Assembly (NCBI GenBank): GCA_031422435.1
Contig: JANPLU010000014.1
Coordinates: 1 to 64,000, forward strand
Direction of reading: 5' to 3'
Source of the DNA: Acaryochloridaceae cyanobacterium VAR_48_metabat_390
GTDB taxonomy: Bacteria; Cyanobacteriota; Cyanobacteriia; Thermosynechococcales; Thermosynechococcaceae
DNA length: 64,000 nucleotides
The first letter of the stretch is position 1. The number at the start of each line of letters is the position of its first letter. Below, piece after piece: positions 10,792 to 20,010 of this stretch. The notes beneath the pieces are model-generated. The model was not told the DNA's origin and did not search any database. It saw nothing but the letters and a program-made list of their open reading frames with translations. A program made the translations under genes and the position numbers.

Positions 10792-11181
10792 CTAGAAGTC
10801 AGCCGTGCAGTCTTTAGACCAATTCGATTTAATGATCGTACCGTAGGTCTTAAAACAGCTTCCATCTTTAGCACGCTGCTTAAATATCTGTCTGTTGGGT
10901 TCCCCAAATAAACCCGTTCTCATTTGTCCGGTCACAGTAATGCCAGTGCTGTTGGCAGGGAGCGTAATCGTTTGTTTTTTTGCCCACGACAAGCGCGTTA
11001 ACCGTAGTCGTCTTTTGTTTGCCATTCACCGTATAGGAGACTTGATAGTCAGCAACATATCCACCCTGGTTAAATACTGTTACTTTTGGAGCAGGTGCGG
11101 CAAAAGCCATACTTCCAGATAAGGCCATCATAGGCAATGATGTGAGAGCGAATGCTGAGACTGCAGCATTTTATGAAGCAT
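10792..11181 (-). pseudogene. Secreted protein resembling cholesterol-dependent cytolysin domain 4; two frameshifts
   Basis: RBS GGAGA then ATG 11181; signal peptide and NQGGYVADY in ORF 10880-11137, continuing as QTITLPANS...RTGLFGEP...YGTII in ORF 10792-11025 across a 7-base homopolymer at 10975-10981. Confidence 0.6.
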
Positions 11182-11238
11182 TTTATTTCTCCCATTTTTA
11201 TTGTGATGTGAATGTTTCCATTCATTTGTTCTGTAATT

Positions 11239-11266
11239 AGTACGTGACTGCAAGGGGCTTGGATCA
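11239..11266 (-). promoter_or_regulatory. ECF-type promoter TGATCC-N16-CGTACT
   Basis: Same boxes and spacing as 12211-12238; upstream of the cytolysin-D4-like pseudogene. Confidence 0.65.
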
Positions 11267-11420
11267 ATTTTTCAAAACTTTCTCGAAAAATTATCCTTAA
11301 CCTTCAGCTTTCTATTTCGCGATTGCGGTAACTGCTGGACTGCAATACGCTACAGTCCATCAGGCATCGTTGTGAATTCTGAGTTCAGACAGTACCGAAT
11401 CGCTAAAGGATGTAAAACCT

Positions 11421-12137
11421 TTAGAAGGAACCACAGCTATTCTCTTTATAGCTGGGATTAAAAACGGTACCCTCGATTAAAAAGCACCGTGGTTTGCCTA
11501 CGGCGATCGGCGTATTGATGATGACCGGACTTCCAATTCCAACCATCTCAACTCTAAAAGTAATGCCTATTGCGTCTTTAGGGATGGCAAATCTTTTATT
11601 AAAACCAACGGTCATCGTTCCCGATTCCACTTTTGGAAGCATACCCACACCTGGCTGCGGACGAAAATAGAACAGCGTATATTTCGCAACATATCCTCCT
11701 CCGTGAGTAAGGGATATGAATGAATCTTGTACCGGAGCAGGTGCGGGTATGGGATTGGCAGTCTTTTCTACCCATACCTCTGGCTTCTTGAAGATAAGAC
11801 CATTATTCTGGGTTTGGGTAAGAGAAGAAATAGCGATTTGAGTGCCATACACGTTGGTATTTTGAATGGTGGCACCACTCCAATTGACGCTCCGTAGATC
11901 GGAGTCTATGATTTTGGCATTCGTCAGGTTGGCACCCCTCAGGTTGGCACCGTTGAGATTGGCTTTGCTGAGGTTTATATTTCTGAGGTCTGCGCCGCTG
12001 AGATCGCATTTTTCGCAACTGCCTGTGGTTTTAAGTTTTTGTAGGTCGCTCGGCGAAAAAGCATAACTAGACTGGTTGTTTAGAGATACGAAGCCAAGTC
12101 CCATCAGTAATAATGAAGCAAACAGTTGTTTTTTCAT
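11421..12137 (-). CDS. Secreted pentapeptide-repeat protein with C-terminal cytolysin-domain-4-like module
   Basis: Signal peptide, [11 protein letters not shown] repeats, Pro-rich linker, ISLTHGGGYVAKY...EGTVFNPSY. Confidence 0.75.
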   Translation of the reverse strand: MKKQLFASLLLMGLGFVSLNNQSSYAFSPSDLQKLKTTGSCEKCDLSGADLRNINLSKANLNGANLRGANLTNAKIIDSDLRSVNWSGATIQNTNVYGTQIAISSLTQTQNNGLIFKKPEVWVEKTANPIPAPAPVQDSFISLTHGGGYVAKYTLFYFRPQPGVGMLPKVESGTMTVGFNKRFAIPKDAIGITFRVEMVGIGSPVIINTPIAVGKPRCFLIEGTVFNPSYKENSCGSF

Positions 12138-12210
12138 GATGTTTCTCCTAGCGTTAATGAATGTGGTGATTGATTGCGGGTTGAATGTTTCTTTTCATTC
12201 AGTTGTCATT

Positions 12211-12238
12211 AGTACGCGCTTGCCCACTGCTTAGATCA
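12211..12238 (-). promoter_or_regulatory. ECF-type promoter TGATCT-N16-CGTACT
   Basis: Matches 11239-11266; flanking sequence is also similar. Confidence 0.65.
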
Positions 12239-12386
12239 AAATTTCTCAAGTTTCTCTAAAAAAATTTTGAAATGGTGCCCAAAGACGACATAATAAAAGC
12301 CTGTAGCCTTTGCCACAAAAGGGTTTTAAGGAAATAGACTTTATTTTCTGTTACAACTATTTTTTGAGATTCATTGCGCTAAACCG

Positions 12387-13232
12387 ATGCAGCCCCCCAA
12401 CTCGCTAGAAGACTTAGATCCGTCACCCATCCCACCCCCTTCAGATCAGCCCCTCACCATTGAGCAGGCGATCGCCAATCTCTCCGGCGCTGACTATGGC
12501 GATCGCTATTACGCGGCTTGGTGGCTCGGTCGCTTTCGGGTACGTACAGCCGAGGCGGTGGAGGCGCTGGTTGCTACGCTCTCGGATGAGTCCGATCGCA
12601 CGCCGGAAGGCGGCTACCCTTTACGACGCAATTCGGCACGGGCGTTAGGCAAGTTGGGTGATGCGCGGGCGGTGCCTGCTCTGATGGAGTGCTTGAATTG
12701 CGCTGATTACTATGTGCGGGAGGCGGCGGCACAGTCTTTGGGTGCGTTGGGCGATCGCATGTGCATTCCTAACCTGATCGCGCTGCTCGATGGCGGGGTG
12801 GCGGCGGCGCTGCCGATTCCCAATTGTCCGCATTTAGCGCAGCCCTATGATTCGGCGTTGGAGGCGTTGGGAGCGTTGGAGGCAAGGGACGCGATCGCGT
12901 TGATTCAGCCGTTTCTGACCCATCCGACGGAGTTGGTGCAGTATGCGGCGGCGCGGACGATGTATCAGTTGACGGGGGATGTCGGATATGGCAATCGCCT
13001 GGTTACGGCGTTAGGGGGCGATAAGCTTCAGCTCCGGCGGGCGGCGCTAGCAGATATTGGGGCGATCGGCTATCTCAAAGCGGCTCAGCCCGTGGCGCAA
13101 ACGTTGGCGGAAAATAGCCTAAAGCTGATTTCTCTTAAGGGCATTTTGGAGCGGCAGATAGAAGGGATAAAACCTTTGACGCTTTCTGAGGAAGCGATTC
13201 AGGTAATGGTTCTGATGGATGGGCTGCTTTGA
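12387..13232 (+). CDS. cpcE: Phycocyanin alpha-subunit phycocyanobilin lyase CpcE
   Basis: RYYAAWWLG, GGYPLRRN, AENSLKLISLKG; HEAT repeats. Confidence 0.95.
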   Translation: MQPPNSLEDLDPSPIPPPSDQPLTIEQAIANLSGADYGDRYYAAWWLGRFRVRTAEAVEALVATLSDESDRTPEGGYPLRRNSARALGKLGDARAVPALMECLNCADYYVREAAAQSLGALGDRMCIPNLIALLDGGVAAALPIPNCPHLAQPYDSALEALGALEARDAIALIQPFLTHPTELVQYAAARTMYQLTGDVGYGNRLVTALGGDKLQLRRAALADIGAIGYLKAAQPVAQTLAENSLKLISLKGILERQIEGIKPLTLSEEAIQVMVLMDGLL

Positions 13233-13368
13233 AGTGGGGCAATCTGCTTGAAGGCGACCTGCGGTCAATGAAACGACTCCGGTCACACCCGCGGCAAGAT
13301 TCCTGACTCAAGGCGATAGCATAGGTGCACGTTCACAATCTTCATTCCCTCTGCACGTTCCAATCTCT

Positions 13369-14046
13369 ATGACCCTAAACACAGCTATTCCCATTGAGAC
13401 GCTGCTTCAAGAAATTGAGGCGGCAAGTTCTGCTTCGGCGCTGGCGGATGCGGTGGAGGCACTTGCACAAACGGGTGCACCTGAGGCGACAAGGCCGCTG
13501 ATTGCGGCGCTGGGCTACAACAATCCAGGGGCGGCGGTGGCGGCGGTGGATGGGTTAGTTCGCATTGGGGCGGATGCGGTGGAGCCATTGTTAGGACTGT
13601 TGGATGATTTTAACTATGGCGCCAGAGCCTGGGCGATTCGGGCGTTGGCAGGCATTGGCGACCCGAAGGGGTTGGAGGTTCTGCTGGAGGCGGCAAGCGA
13701 AGATTTTGCCCTTAGTGTGCGCCGCGCAGCGGCGCGTGGGTTGGGGACGATTCGGTGGGATGGTCTATCGGTGGAGCAACAGGTGGAGGGGCAAGGGCAA
13801 TGTTTGACGGTGCTGCTCGGCTGCGCCCAGGATCCAGAGTGGGTGGTGCGCTATGCGGCGATCGCGGGGGTTACATCTCTGAGCTTTGCGATCGCGGCTC
13901 TGGTACAGCCGCACAGGCTGACGCAGGTTTTGGAGCAGTTGGAGGGGCTGCAATCTAATGAGGCTACCTTGGCGGTTAAGGCTCGCATTCTCTGGGCGCA
14001 GCAGCAGGTGCAAGCGCTACTCTCAAAACCAACCCAGGGGTCATAA
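13369..14046 (+). CDS. cpcF: Phycocyanin alpha-subunit lyase CpcF
   Basis: LGYNNPGAAVAAVDGL, NYGARAWAIRAL, DPEWVVRYA. Confidence 0.95.
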   Translation: MTLNTAIPIETLLQEIEAASSASALADAVEALAQTGAPEATRPLIAALGYNNPGAAVAAVDGLVRIGADAVEPLLGLLDDFNYGARAWAIRALAGIGDPKGLEVLLEAASEDFALSVRRAAARGLGTIRWDGLSVEQQVEGQGQCLTVLLGCAQDPEWVVRYAAIAGVTSLSFAIAALVQPHRLTQVLEQLEGLQSNEATLAVKARILWAQQQVQALLSKPTQGS

Positions 14047-14077
14047 TGAAGGGCGCAGCTATTGTTGAGGTTGGGCG

Positions 14078-14473
14078 ATGACGACTGATTTGTACTGTTT
14101 ATTGGCGTTGGCGCTGTGGTCGATTGTGCTTAATCATATTCCGGCGATCGCACGGGTCTCTGCCGCTGAGTCTCCCATTGCCTGGGGATTAGGAAACCGC
14201 GATGCCGTGCCAGAAGTAAAGCCTTGGGTGGGGCGTGCTGATCGCGCTGGGCGAAATCACCATGACAATTTGGCGATGATTGCGGCGGTGATTCTGATTG
14301 CTCAGGTCAGCGGACAGACGGATGAGGTCACGGCGATCGCCACTATTGCGCTATTGGGTTGCCGAGTTGCTCACGGTATCACCTATATGTTGGGAATTCC
14401 AGCTCTGCGCTCGTTGGCCTATGTGGGTTCTATTACGGCGCTCGGAGTCATTGTCTGGCGAATTTTGACCTAG
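14078..14473 (+). CDS. MAPEG family membrane protein
   Basis: GNRD, RADRAxRN motif, hydrophobic helices. Confidence 0.75.
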   Translation: MTTDLYCLLALALWSIVLNHIPAIARVSAAESPIAWGLGNRDAVPEVKPWVGRADRAGRNHHDNLAMIAAVILIAQVSGQTDEVTAIATIALLGCRVAHGITYMLGIPALRSLAYVGSITALGVIVWRILT

Positions 14474-14502
14474 TCGATTAATCCAGAAGACAAGGGGAAT
14501 TG

Positions 14503-16365
14503 CTACAGTTCTAAGACCTGTCGCAAGGATCGCTCAAGGTCTTCGGTCACGGTGCGCTGACCAACTTCGATTTTGGCAATTAGGCTCTGATGAACGTGCA
14601 GGACGTCGGCAAGCTGCGATTGAGTGAGCTGTTTTGCTTTACGGGCACTCCGGATTTCTGACCCGCTCAGGCGGTCAAGGCGGAGGCGGTGCTGGAAACG
14701 GATGGTGCGAGGGGAGGGGAGATTGCCGTTGAGGGCAGCGGCGGCGGATAGCGGCGGCGGAATGAACTGTAGGGGCTGAGCCAGCCATTGTGCAATCCAG
14801 TCGGAGGGTTTACGGCTATGACTATGGATGTTCAGCCAGGCTGGGAAGGGCGCAATGTAAAAGTCGGTGGGCTGAGCTGCTGGGGCTGCTGGAGCTGCGA
14901 TAAGGGGGCCACTCGTCCAGCCCAGGCTTACCAGAGATGCTAAGGCTTGGTACCAAATCTTAAAGAGGGTTGGGGCAATATCGGGGTGGAGTTGAAGGGT
15001 GGCTAGGGCTGGGGTGGGCAGGGCGGAATCTAGGAGGGTATGGACGGTATAGCAGGAGGGTCTTGCTTCGGGCTGCGGTTCGGGGGCGTTGAGGCTCAGC
15101 ACGATGAGCAGGCTGATGAGAAAGGGGTCACGGCAGTGATCCTGCTCGAGGAGCGTTAGGGCAAGATGACCAAAGGATTTCCACCCGCTACGGGCACTCA
15201 GGCCGCCTTTCTCGAATAGATGATGCAGCCACAGGCCAGGTCGCAGAGTAATGGACGGTGCGGCGGGTGGGCTGATGCGGCCTGTGACCCAGTCGAGGTG
15301 GCCTTGGGTTTCACTCAATATCTCCCAGGGATGTCCACTACTGGAAATGGCTTCGATTTGGGCGGCGGCGGTTGGTTCGGTCATCCAAAGGGTGGTGAGG
15401 GTAAGGGTGCCTAGCTGCTGCAATAAGTACGGCAGGTCAGGCGGGGGGGTGGCTAGGGGGGCGGCTGAAGTCTCCCAGGCGAGCTGCTCTAGAATCTCGC
15501 GATGGGTGAGGGTGAGGGGGCGGTGTGGGCGACGCACGGTATGGCCGATGAGGAGGAAGAGCAATTGAGCCATGGGCAGGCCACACTGCTGTTTCACTTG
15601 ACCCATCAGTTCCCAAGGCAGACGATACAGTTCGCTGGGGCGGGTCAGGTAATGTTCTAGGACGATGGGGGGGGCGACAGGCGAGGGGGCTGGGGCGATC
15701 ATGGCCTGGCTAACATCGTCGCTGCTAGGAGGGTCTTCGAGGGCGTTGCAGGGATGTATGGTCAGCGCAGGAAGGGGAATCTCTAAAATAGACTGCGGAG
15801 GAGGAATCTCAAGGAAAAGCGGTTCTAAGGTTTGGGGGTTCTTTAGAATTTGTGCGGTCAAATCCTGACAAATTAGGGTTTCTAATCTCTCTAAGAGGGG
15901 TTCTAGTATACTGGCGGGGGATGAAGACTCAGGGGGGATGGGTGCGTCTGAAGCTGGGTTGATCAGGCGTTGCCACAGTTCTTCACGGTATGGCGATTGG
16001 GCGATGCTTTGGATGACTCCGATGGCGATGGGTATTTCGAGATCCTGCACGGTCCAGGTCAGGAGGTTGACCCACACTTCTTGGCTAATTTTGTCCCACA
16101 GCTGCTGCTGCTCAAAGGCGCGTTTGAGCAGGGCTTCAAGGGTAAGGGTAAGGCGAAGGGAGTCGGTCTGGATCTGGGGACTATACTGCGCTAGGGCAAT
16201 GGCGGCAATTTGGGCGGTGAGGGTGGTGAGCAGGACGGGGGTTTGCGTCAGGCTCTGACACAGGGTTTCTCGATATTGGGATGGAAAGGTTTGCGTTCGC
16301 ACAATTGCCATAAGATGGCCGTTTTTGCTTTGCGCGGACTGCGGGTGGGGGGGTGGATACGCCAT
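14503..16365 (-). CDS. Large protein with C-terminal XRE helix-turn-helix
   Basis: IRSARKAKQLTQSQLADVLHVHQSLIAKIEVG at the C-terminus; N-terminal ~560 aa unassigned and Pro/Leu-rich. Confidence 0.75.
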   Translation of the reverse strand: MAYPPPHPQSAQSKNGHLMAIVRTQTFPSQYRETLCQSLTQTPVLLTTLTAQIAAIALAQYSPQIQTDSLRLTLTLEALLKRAFEQQQLWDKISQEVWVNLLTWTVQDLEIPIAIGVIQSIAQSPYREELWQRLINPASDAPIPPESSSPASILEPLLERLETLICQDLTAQILKNPQTLEPLFLEIPPPQSILEIPLPALTIHPCNALEDPPSSDDVSQAMIAPAPSPVAPPIVLEHYLTRPSELYRLPWELMGQVKQQCGLPMAQLLFLLIGHTVRRPHRPLTLTHREILEQLAWETSAAPLATPPPDLPYLLQQLGTLTLTTLWMTEPTAAAQIEAISSSGHPWEILSETQGHLDWVTGRISPPAAPSITLRPGLWLHHLFEKGGLSARSGWKSFGHLALTLLEQDHCRDPFLISLLIVLSLNAPEPQPEARPSCYTVHTLLDSALPTPALATLQLHPDIAPTLFKIWYQALASLVSLGWTSGPLIAAPAAPAAQPTDFYIAPFPAWLNIHSHSRKPSDWIAQWLAQPLQFIPPPLSAAAALNGNLPSPRTIRFQHRLRLDRLSGSEIRSARKAKQLTQSQLADVLHVHQSLIAKIEVGQRTVTEDLERSLRQVLEL

Positions 16366-16536
16366 GGGGTGGGGTGGCTGTCTGGATCTTTATCTTAGAG
16401 GAAGCGGACGGGGCGGGGTGTAGGCCAGCTATATGCGCTTTTTTTTGATTTCGGGCTATTCTTGTCGCTAGGATTGGGTGGGGGTGAGGTTATCTTTTAG
16501 GTTTTCGGCTGTTTTATGACGGTTAAAGGTTAAGTT

Positions 16537-19089
16537 TTGACGCGAGAGCCTTTCTCTTATGATGATGACTCGGCAGCTCTACGCTTACGTTCCCTTCCTG
16601 GTATTGCGTTTAGCCGATATCTTGATGCGGATCGTTCGGTTTTCTTTTTGTCTGAGGCCTGTCTGGCACTGACGGAGTTTTCTGCGCCAGAGTTAATCGC
16701 GCCGGCAAAGGATAGGGTGGCGTTTAATGATCTTATTGATCCACAGGATTGGGCTGATTTTCTGGAGAGGGTGGCGGTGGCGATACAGACGCGTCAGCCT
16801 TATGCGGTGGAGTACCGCATCAAGACGCGGTCTGGGGAGGTTCGATGGTTTTTGGAGCAGGGGTATGCCGCGGCGGATGGCTCCCTAGAGGGGCTGATAA
16901 CAGATGTTTCGGCGCTGAAGTTGGCGCAGAGCCAGCTTAAACTGGATGCGTTTTATGACAAGCTTACGGGGCTACCCAATCGGTCTTTGTTTTTAGATCG
17001 TCTAGCTCAGGCGGTACGGCGGCTTCAGCGCGATCTCGATTATCAGTTTGCGGTTTTATTTCTCGATTTAGATCGCTTTAAGGTCATTAATGACAGCCTT
17101 GGGCATCGTGCAGGAGATTTGCTTTTGGTGCAGGTGGCGGCACGACTGGGAGCCTGCATTCGTCCAGGCGATACGGTGGCGCGCCTGGGGGGAGATGAGT
17201 TTACGATGCTCATTGATGCGGTGCATGGCCTTGAGGATGTGATGCAGGTTGCCGAACGTATTTTGACAGATATGGCGGCGGCGTTTCAGGTAGATGAGCA
17301 CGAAATTTTTTCGACGACGAGTATTGGTATTGCGCTGAGTTTACCGGCCTATGAGAGCGCTGAGGATCTCATTCGCGATGCGGATATTGCGCTTTATCAG
17401 GCGAAGGCGATGGGGAAGGCTTGCTATGCGCTTTTTCAGCCCGGGATGCATATTCATGCGGTGGCGCGGCTGGAGCTTGAAAATGACCTCCGCCGTGCGA
17501 TCGCCAATCAGGAGTTTTGTTTACTCTATCAGCCGATTATGAGGCTCGATTCGGCTGCGCTGGTGGGGTTTGAGGCGTTTGTCTATTGGCTTCATCCGAC
17601 GCGCGGGCTGCTCGCGCCGGGGGAGTTTCTGGCGGTGGCGCAGGAGGCGGGGCTAATAGTGGCGATTGGGCACTGGGTGTTGGCAACGGCTTGTGCACAG
17701 ATGGCGCTTTGGCATCGACGTTTTCCCTCGGCACAAGGGGTCTTTTTGAGTGTCAATTTATCGAGTTCTGAACTGACGCATTCGGATTTGATTCCGGTTC
17801 TTCAGGCGGTGTTCGGCCGCGCTGGGATGAATCCTAAGCGACTTAGGATTGAGATGACGCAGGAGTTGCTGCTGCACCGGTCTGAGGCGGTGATGGCGCA
17901 GCTTCACGCGCTTAGGGCGATGGGGGTACAGCTCTGTATTGATGATTTTGGCACGGGCTTTTCGTCTCTTAGCGATTTGGACTGTCTACCGGTGGATGGT
18001 CTGAAGGTGGATCTCTCGTTTGTGGCTCGCATTGAGTCGCCTGAAATTTTGGAGATTGTTCGCACGATTTTGATGCTTGCTCAAGGGCTGGCGCTCTATG
18101 GGGTTGCGGAGGGGGTGGAGTCGGTGGCGCAGTGGGCGCAGCTGCGGGCGCTTGGCTGTCAGGTGGGGCAGGGGTTTTTGTTCGCGCCTCCTATGGAGGC
18201 GCTACAGGCGACTCGGTTTTTGGAGCGCCAGTTTGAGGGCGATGATTTTACGGCGCTGTCGATGGCGCTCCCGCGTCTTTTGATTCGGTCGGGGGAGGGG
18301 CTTTATCAGATGTTGCTTCTGGGTCGGTCGGATTGGTCGGTCGGGCGCGCGCCGGACTGCTCTATTTTTTTGCCGGACCGCATGGTGTCGCGCGCTCATG
18401 CGATGATTCTCCAGAGGCCCCGTTCTGATCAGTTTTTTTGGGTTGATCTCGGCAGTCGCAATGGTTCGTTTATTAATTTTCAGCCGGTTAGGGTACCCAC
18501 GCTTTTACAGGATGGGGATCTTATTCGCGTGGGTAATCGGCTGGAGATGCGGTTTATCGCTTCTTCAGCTTCGGCTCAGGTTCCCTCTGAGGAACGAACG
18601 GTGCTGATGCATCAGCCGTCGCTACTCTACGGGCAGCTTTGGCGCGAGGTGTTGATGGCGCTTCAGGTTTCGGTGATCTGGCTGCCAAGTGAGGTCTCTA
18701 TTTTTCACTCGCTTCGACAGATGGAGACGGCTGGGGACAGGCTACCTCACCTACTTTTGGTAGATCTACTGACGGTCAATAATGCCGATTTTGCGTCCTT
18801 TTTTGAGGCGTTGGCGGTTTCTTTTGAGCCGATTCCGGTTCTTCTCACGATGCCGGAGTTGTCTAATGATTTTCCGGTTCTCCGAGAGCGTGCCTGTGCG
18901 GCGGGGGCGGTTGATTTAGTTCCTCTTTTTCGGTTGGTGGGTTCTGATTTTCTGGTCTATCGAGATGCGCTGGCACAGAAGGTGGTGGGGGTGGGGGCAG
19001 CGATGGGGGTGACGATTCTACAGGAGGATGCGATGATGGCGGCGGCGGCGGCGCTTCGGACGGTCCTTCGGAATGAAACACTTTTCTAG
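16537..19089 (+). CDS. PAS-GGDEF-EAL-FHA signalling protein
   Basis: PAS_3-like N-terminus, DLDRFK, RPGD I-site, GGDEF, DDFGTGFSSL, FHA GR...SRAHA...DLGSRNGS; start uncertain (TTG). Confidence 0.88.
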   Translation: MTREPFSYDDDSAALRLRSLPGIAFSRYLDADRSVFFLSEACLALTEFSAPELIAPAKDRVAFNDLIDPQDWADFLERVAVAIQTRQPYAVEYRIKTRSGEVRWFLEQGYAAADGSLEGLITDVSALKLAQSQLKLDAFYDKLTGLPNRSLFLDRLAQAVRRLQRDLDYQFAVLFLDLDRFKVINDSLGHRAGDLLLVQVAARLGACIRPGDTVARLGGDEFTMLIDAVHGLEDVMQVAERILTDMAAAFQVDEHEIFSTTSIGIALSLPAYESAEDLIRDADIALYQAKAMGKACYALFQPGMHIHAVARLELENDLRRAIANQEFCLLYQPIMRLDSAALVGFEAFVYWLHPTRGLLAPGEFLAVAQEAGLIVAIGHWVLATACAQMALWHRRFPSAQGVFLSVNLSSSELTHSDLIPVLQAVFGRAGMNPKRLRIEMTQELLLHRSEAVMAQLHALRAMGVQLCIDDFGTGFSSLSDLDCLPVDGLKVDLSFVARIESPEILEIVRTILMLAQGLALYGVAEGVESVAQWAQLRALGCQVGQGFLFAPPMEALQATRFLERQFEGDDFTALSMALPRLLIRSGEGLYQMLLLGRSDWSVGRAPDCSIFLPDRMVSRAHAMILQRPRSDQFFWVDLGSRNGSFINFQPVRVPTLLQDGDLIRVGNRLEMRFIASSASAQVPSEERTVLMHQPSLLYGQLWREVLMALQVSVIWLPSEVSIFHSLRQMETAGDRLPHLLLVDLLTVNNADFASFFEALAVSFEPIPVLLTMPELSNDFPVLRERACAAGAVDLVPLFRLVGSDFLVYRDALAQKVVGVGAAMGVTILQEDAMMAAAAALRTVLRNETLF

Positions 19090-19091
19090 TT

Positions 19092-19123
19092 AAAAAGCAC
19101 CCCTTGATGAAGGGGTGCTTTTT
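19092..19123. terminator. Bidirectional intrinsic terminator
   Basis: AAAAAGCACCCCTT-GATG-AAGGGGTGCTTTTT between convergent genes. Confidence 0.85.
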
Positions 19124-19138
19124 AGTCGGTTGATGGCT

Positions 19139-19894
19139 CTATTTTTTACGGTATGGAACCATGCGTTCGATGTCGATATTGTACGAAGAGACGTTCTGGG
19201 GCTGGTTTCCGGCTGGTCGGATGCTCTGGGCCATGCCTAAAAATAGGGATGGATCTCCGGTTTTGGCTTTTTTGTCGGGCGCACGGTAGGTTTTGACGAT
19301 GCTTTGCCAGATGATCTGGGGGAAGCCTAGTTTGCTTCTATGATAGCTATCGTAACGCGGCGATTTTAGGTTGAAGGGCGTTTCGCCGATGCTTTGGCTG
19401 GGCAATACCCGACGGCGTTGATACGGGACGATGCTATCTCCGAAGTTTTCTTGGTATTCGTCGCTATTGAGCAGTTCGTCAATAAACCCTTTAATGCCTT
19501 TGGTGGCGACGACAATGGACCACGCAATTTTTTCTCGTTCGCTATACACATCACGACCTAGCAGGCGTTGGACGCTCTGTTCTACGAAGCGATAGTTACT
19601 GTTAAGGTCATAAAAGCTACGTTTATAGGTATCTGACAGCGCTAGACCACGAATGAATTCACGTACGCTTATCTGATTATTACGCAGCTGTGATTCTAAG
19701 AATGGTTCCCGGTCTGATGCAAAGGCATGAAAATACATCTGCCGATAGCACGCTTCTATTAAGTCTCCCATGTCCCCAGGACTTAACAGGTTATCTACAC
19801 TATATATCCGAGGTCCTTCGTCACTGCCGCTCTCATACCCTGATACACGTACGTTCTGGCTTCGAGGTGCATACTCTATTCTTGGAATACTCAC
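19139..19894 (-). CDS. cpcG: Phycobilisome rod-core linker CpcG
   Basis: [32 protein letters not shown]; hydrophilic C-terminus (not CpcL). Confidence 0.93.
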   Translation of the reverse strand: MSIPRIEYAPRSQNVRVSGYESGSDEGPRIYSVDNLLSPGDMGDLIEACYRQMYFHAFASDREPFLESQLRNNQISVREFIRGLALSDTYKRSFYDLNSNYRFVEQSVQRLLGRDVYSEREKIAWSIVVATKGIKGFIDELLNSDEYQENFGDSIVPYQRRRVLPSQSIGETPFNLKSPRYDSYHRSKLGFPQIIWQSIVKTYRAPDKKAKTGDPSLFLGMAQSIRPAGNQPQNVSSYNIDIERMVPYRKK

Positions 19895-20010
19895 AACTGC
19901 TCGCTCCTGATTCCTGCTGATCCTAATTCAAAATTTTACGCATCTAATGCACTTTGCAAAACCACCCTTTACACTCTTTAATGCAAATGCTCAGATCATA
20001 CAAAACAGCC

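Noticed and set aside
13385..19081. Many Pro- or Gly-rich overlapping ORFs (e.g. 13385-13588, 17537-17734, 18863-19081)
   Set aside because: Shadow ORFs produced by the G-rich skew over well-supported genes
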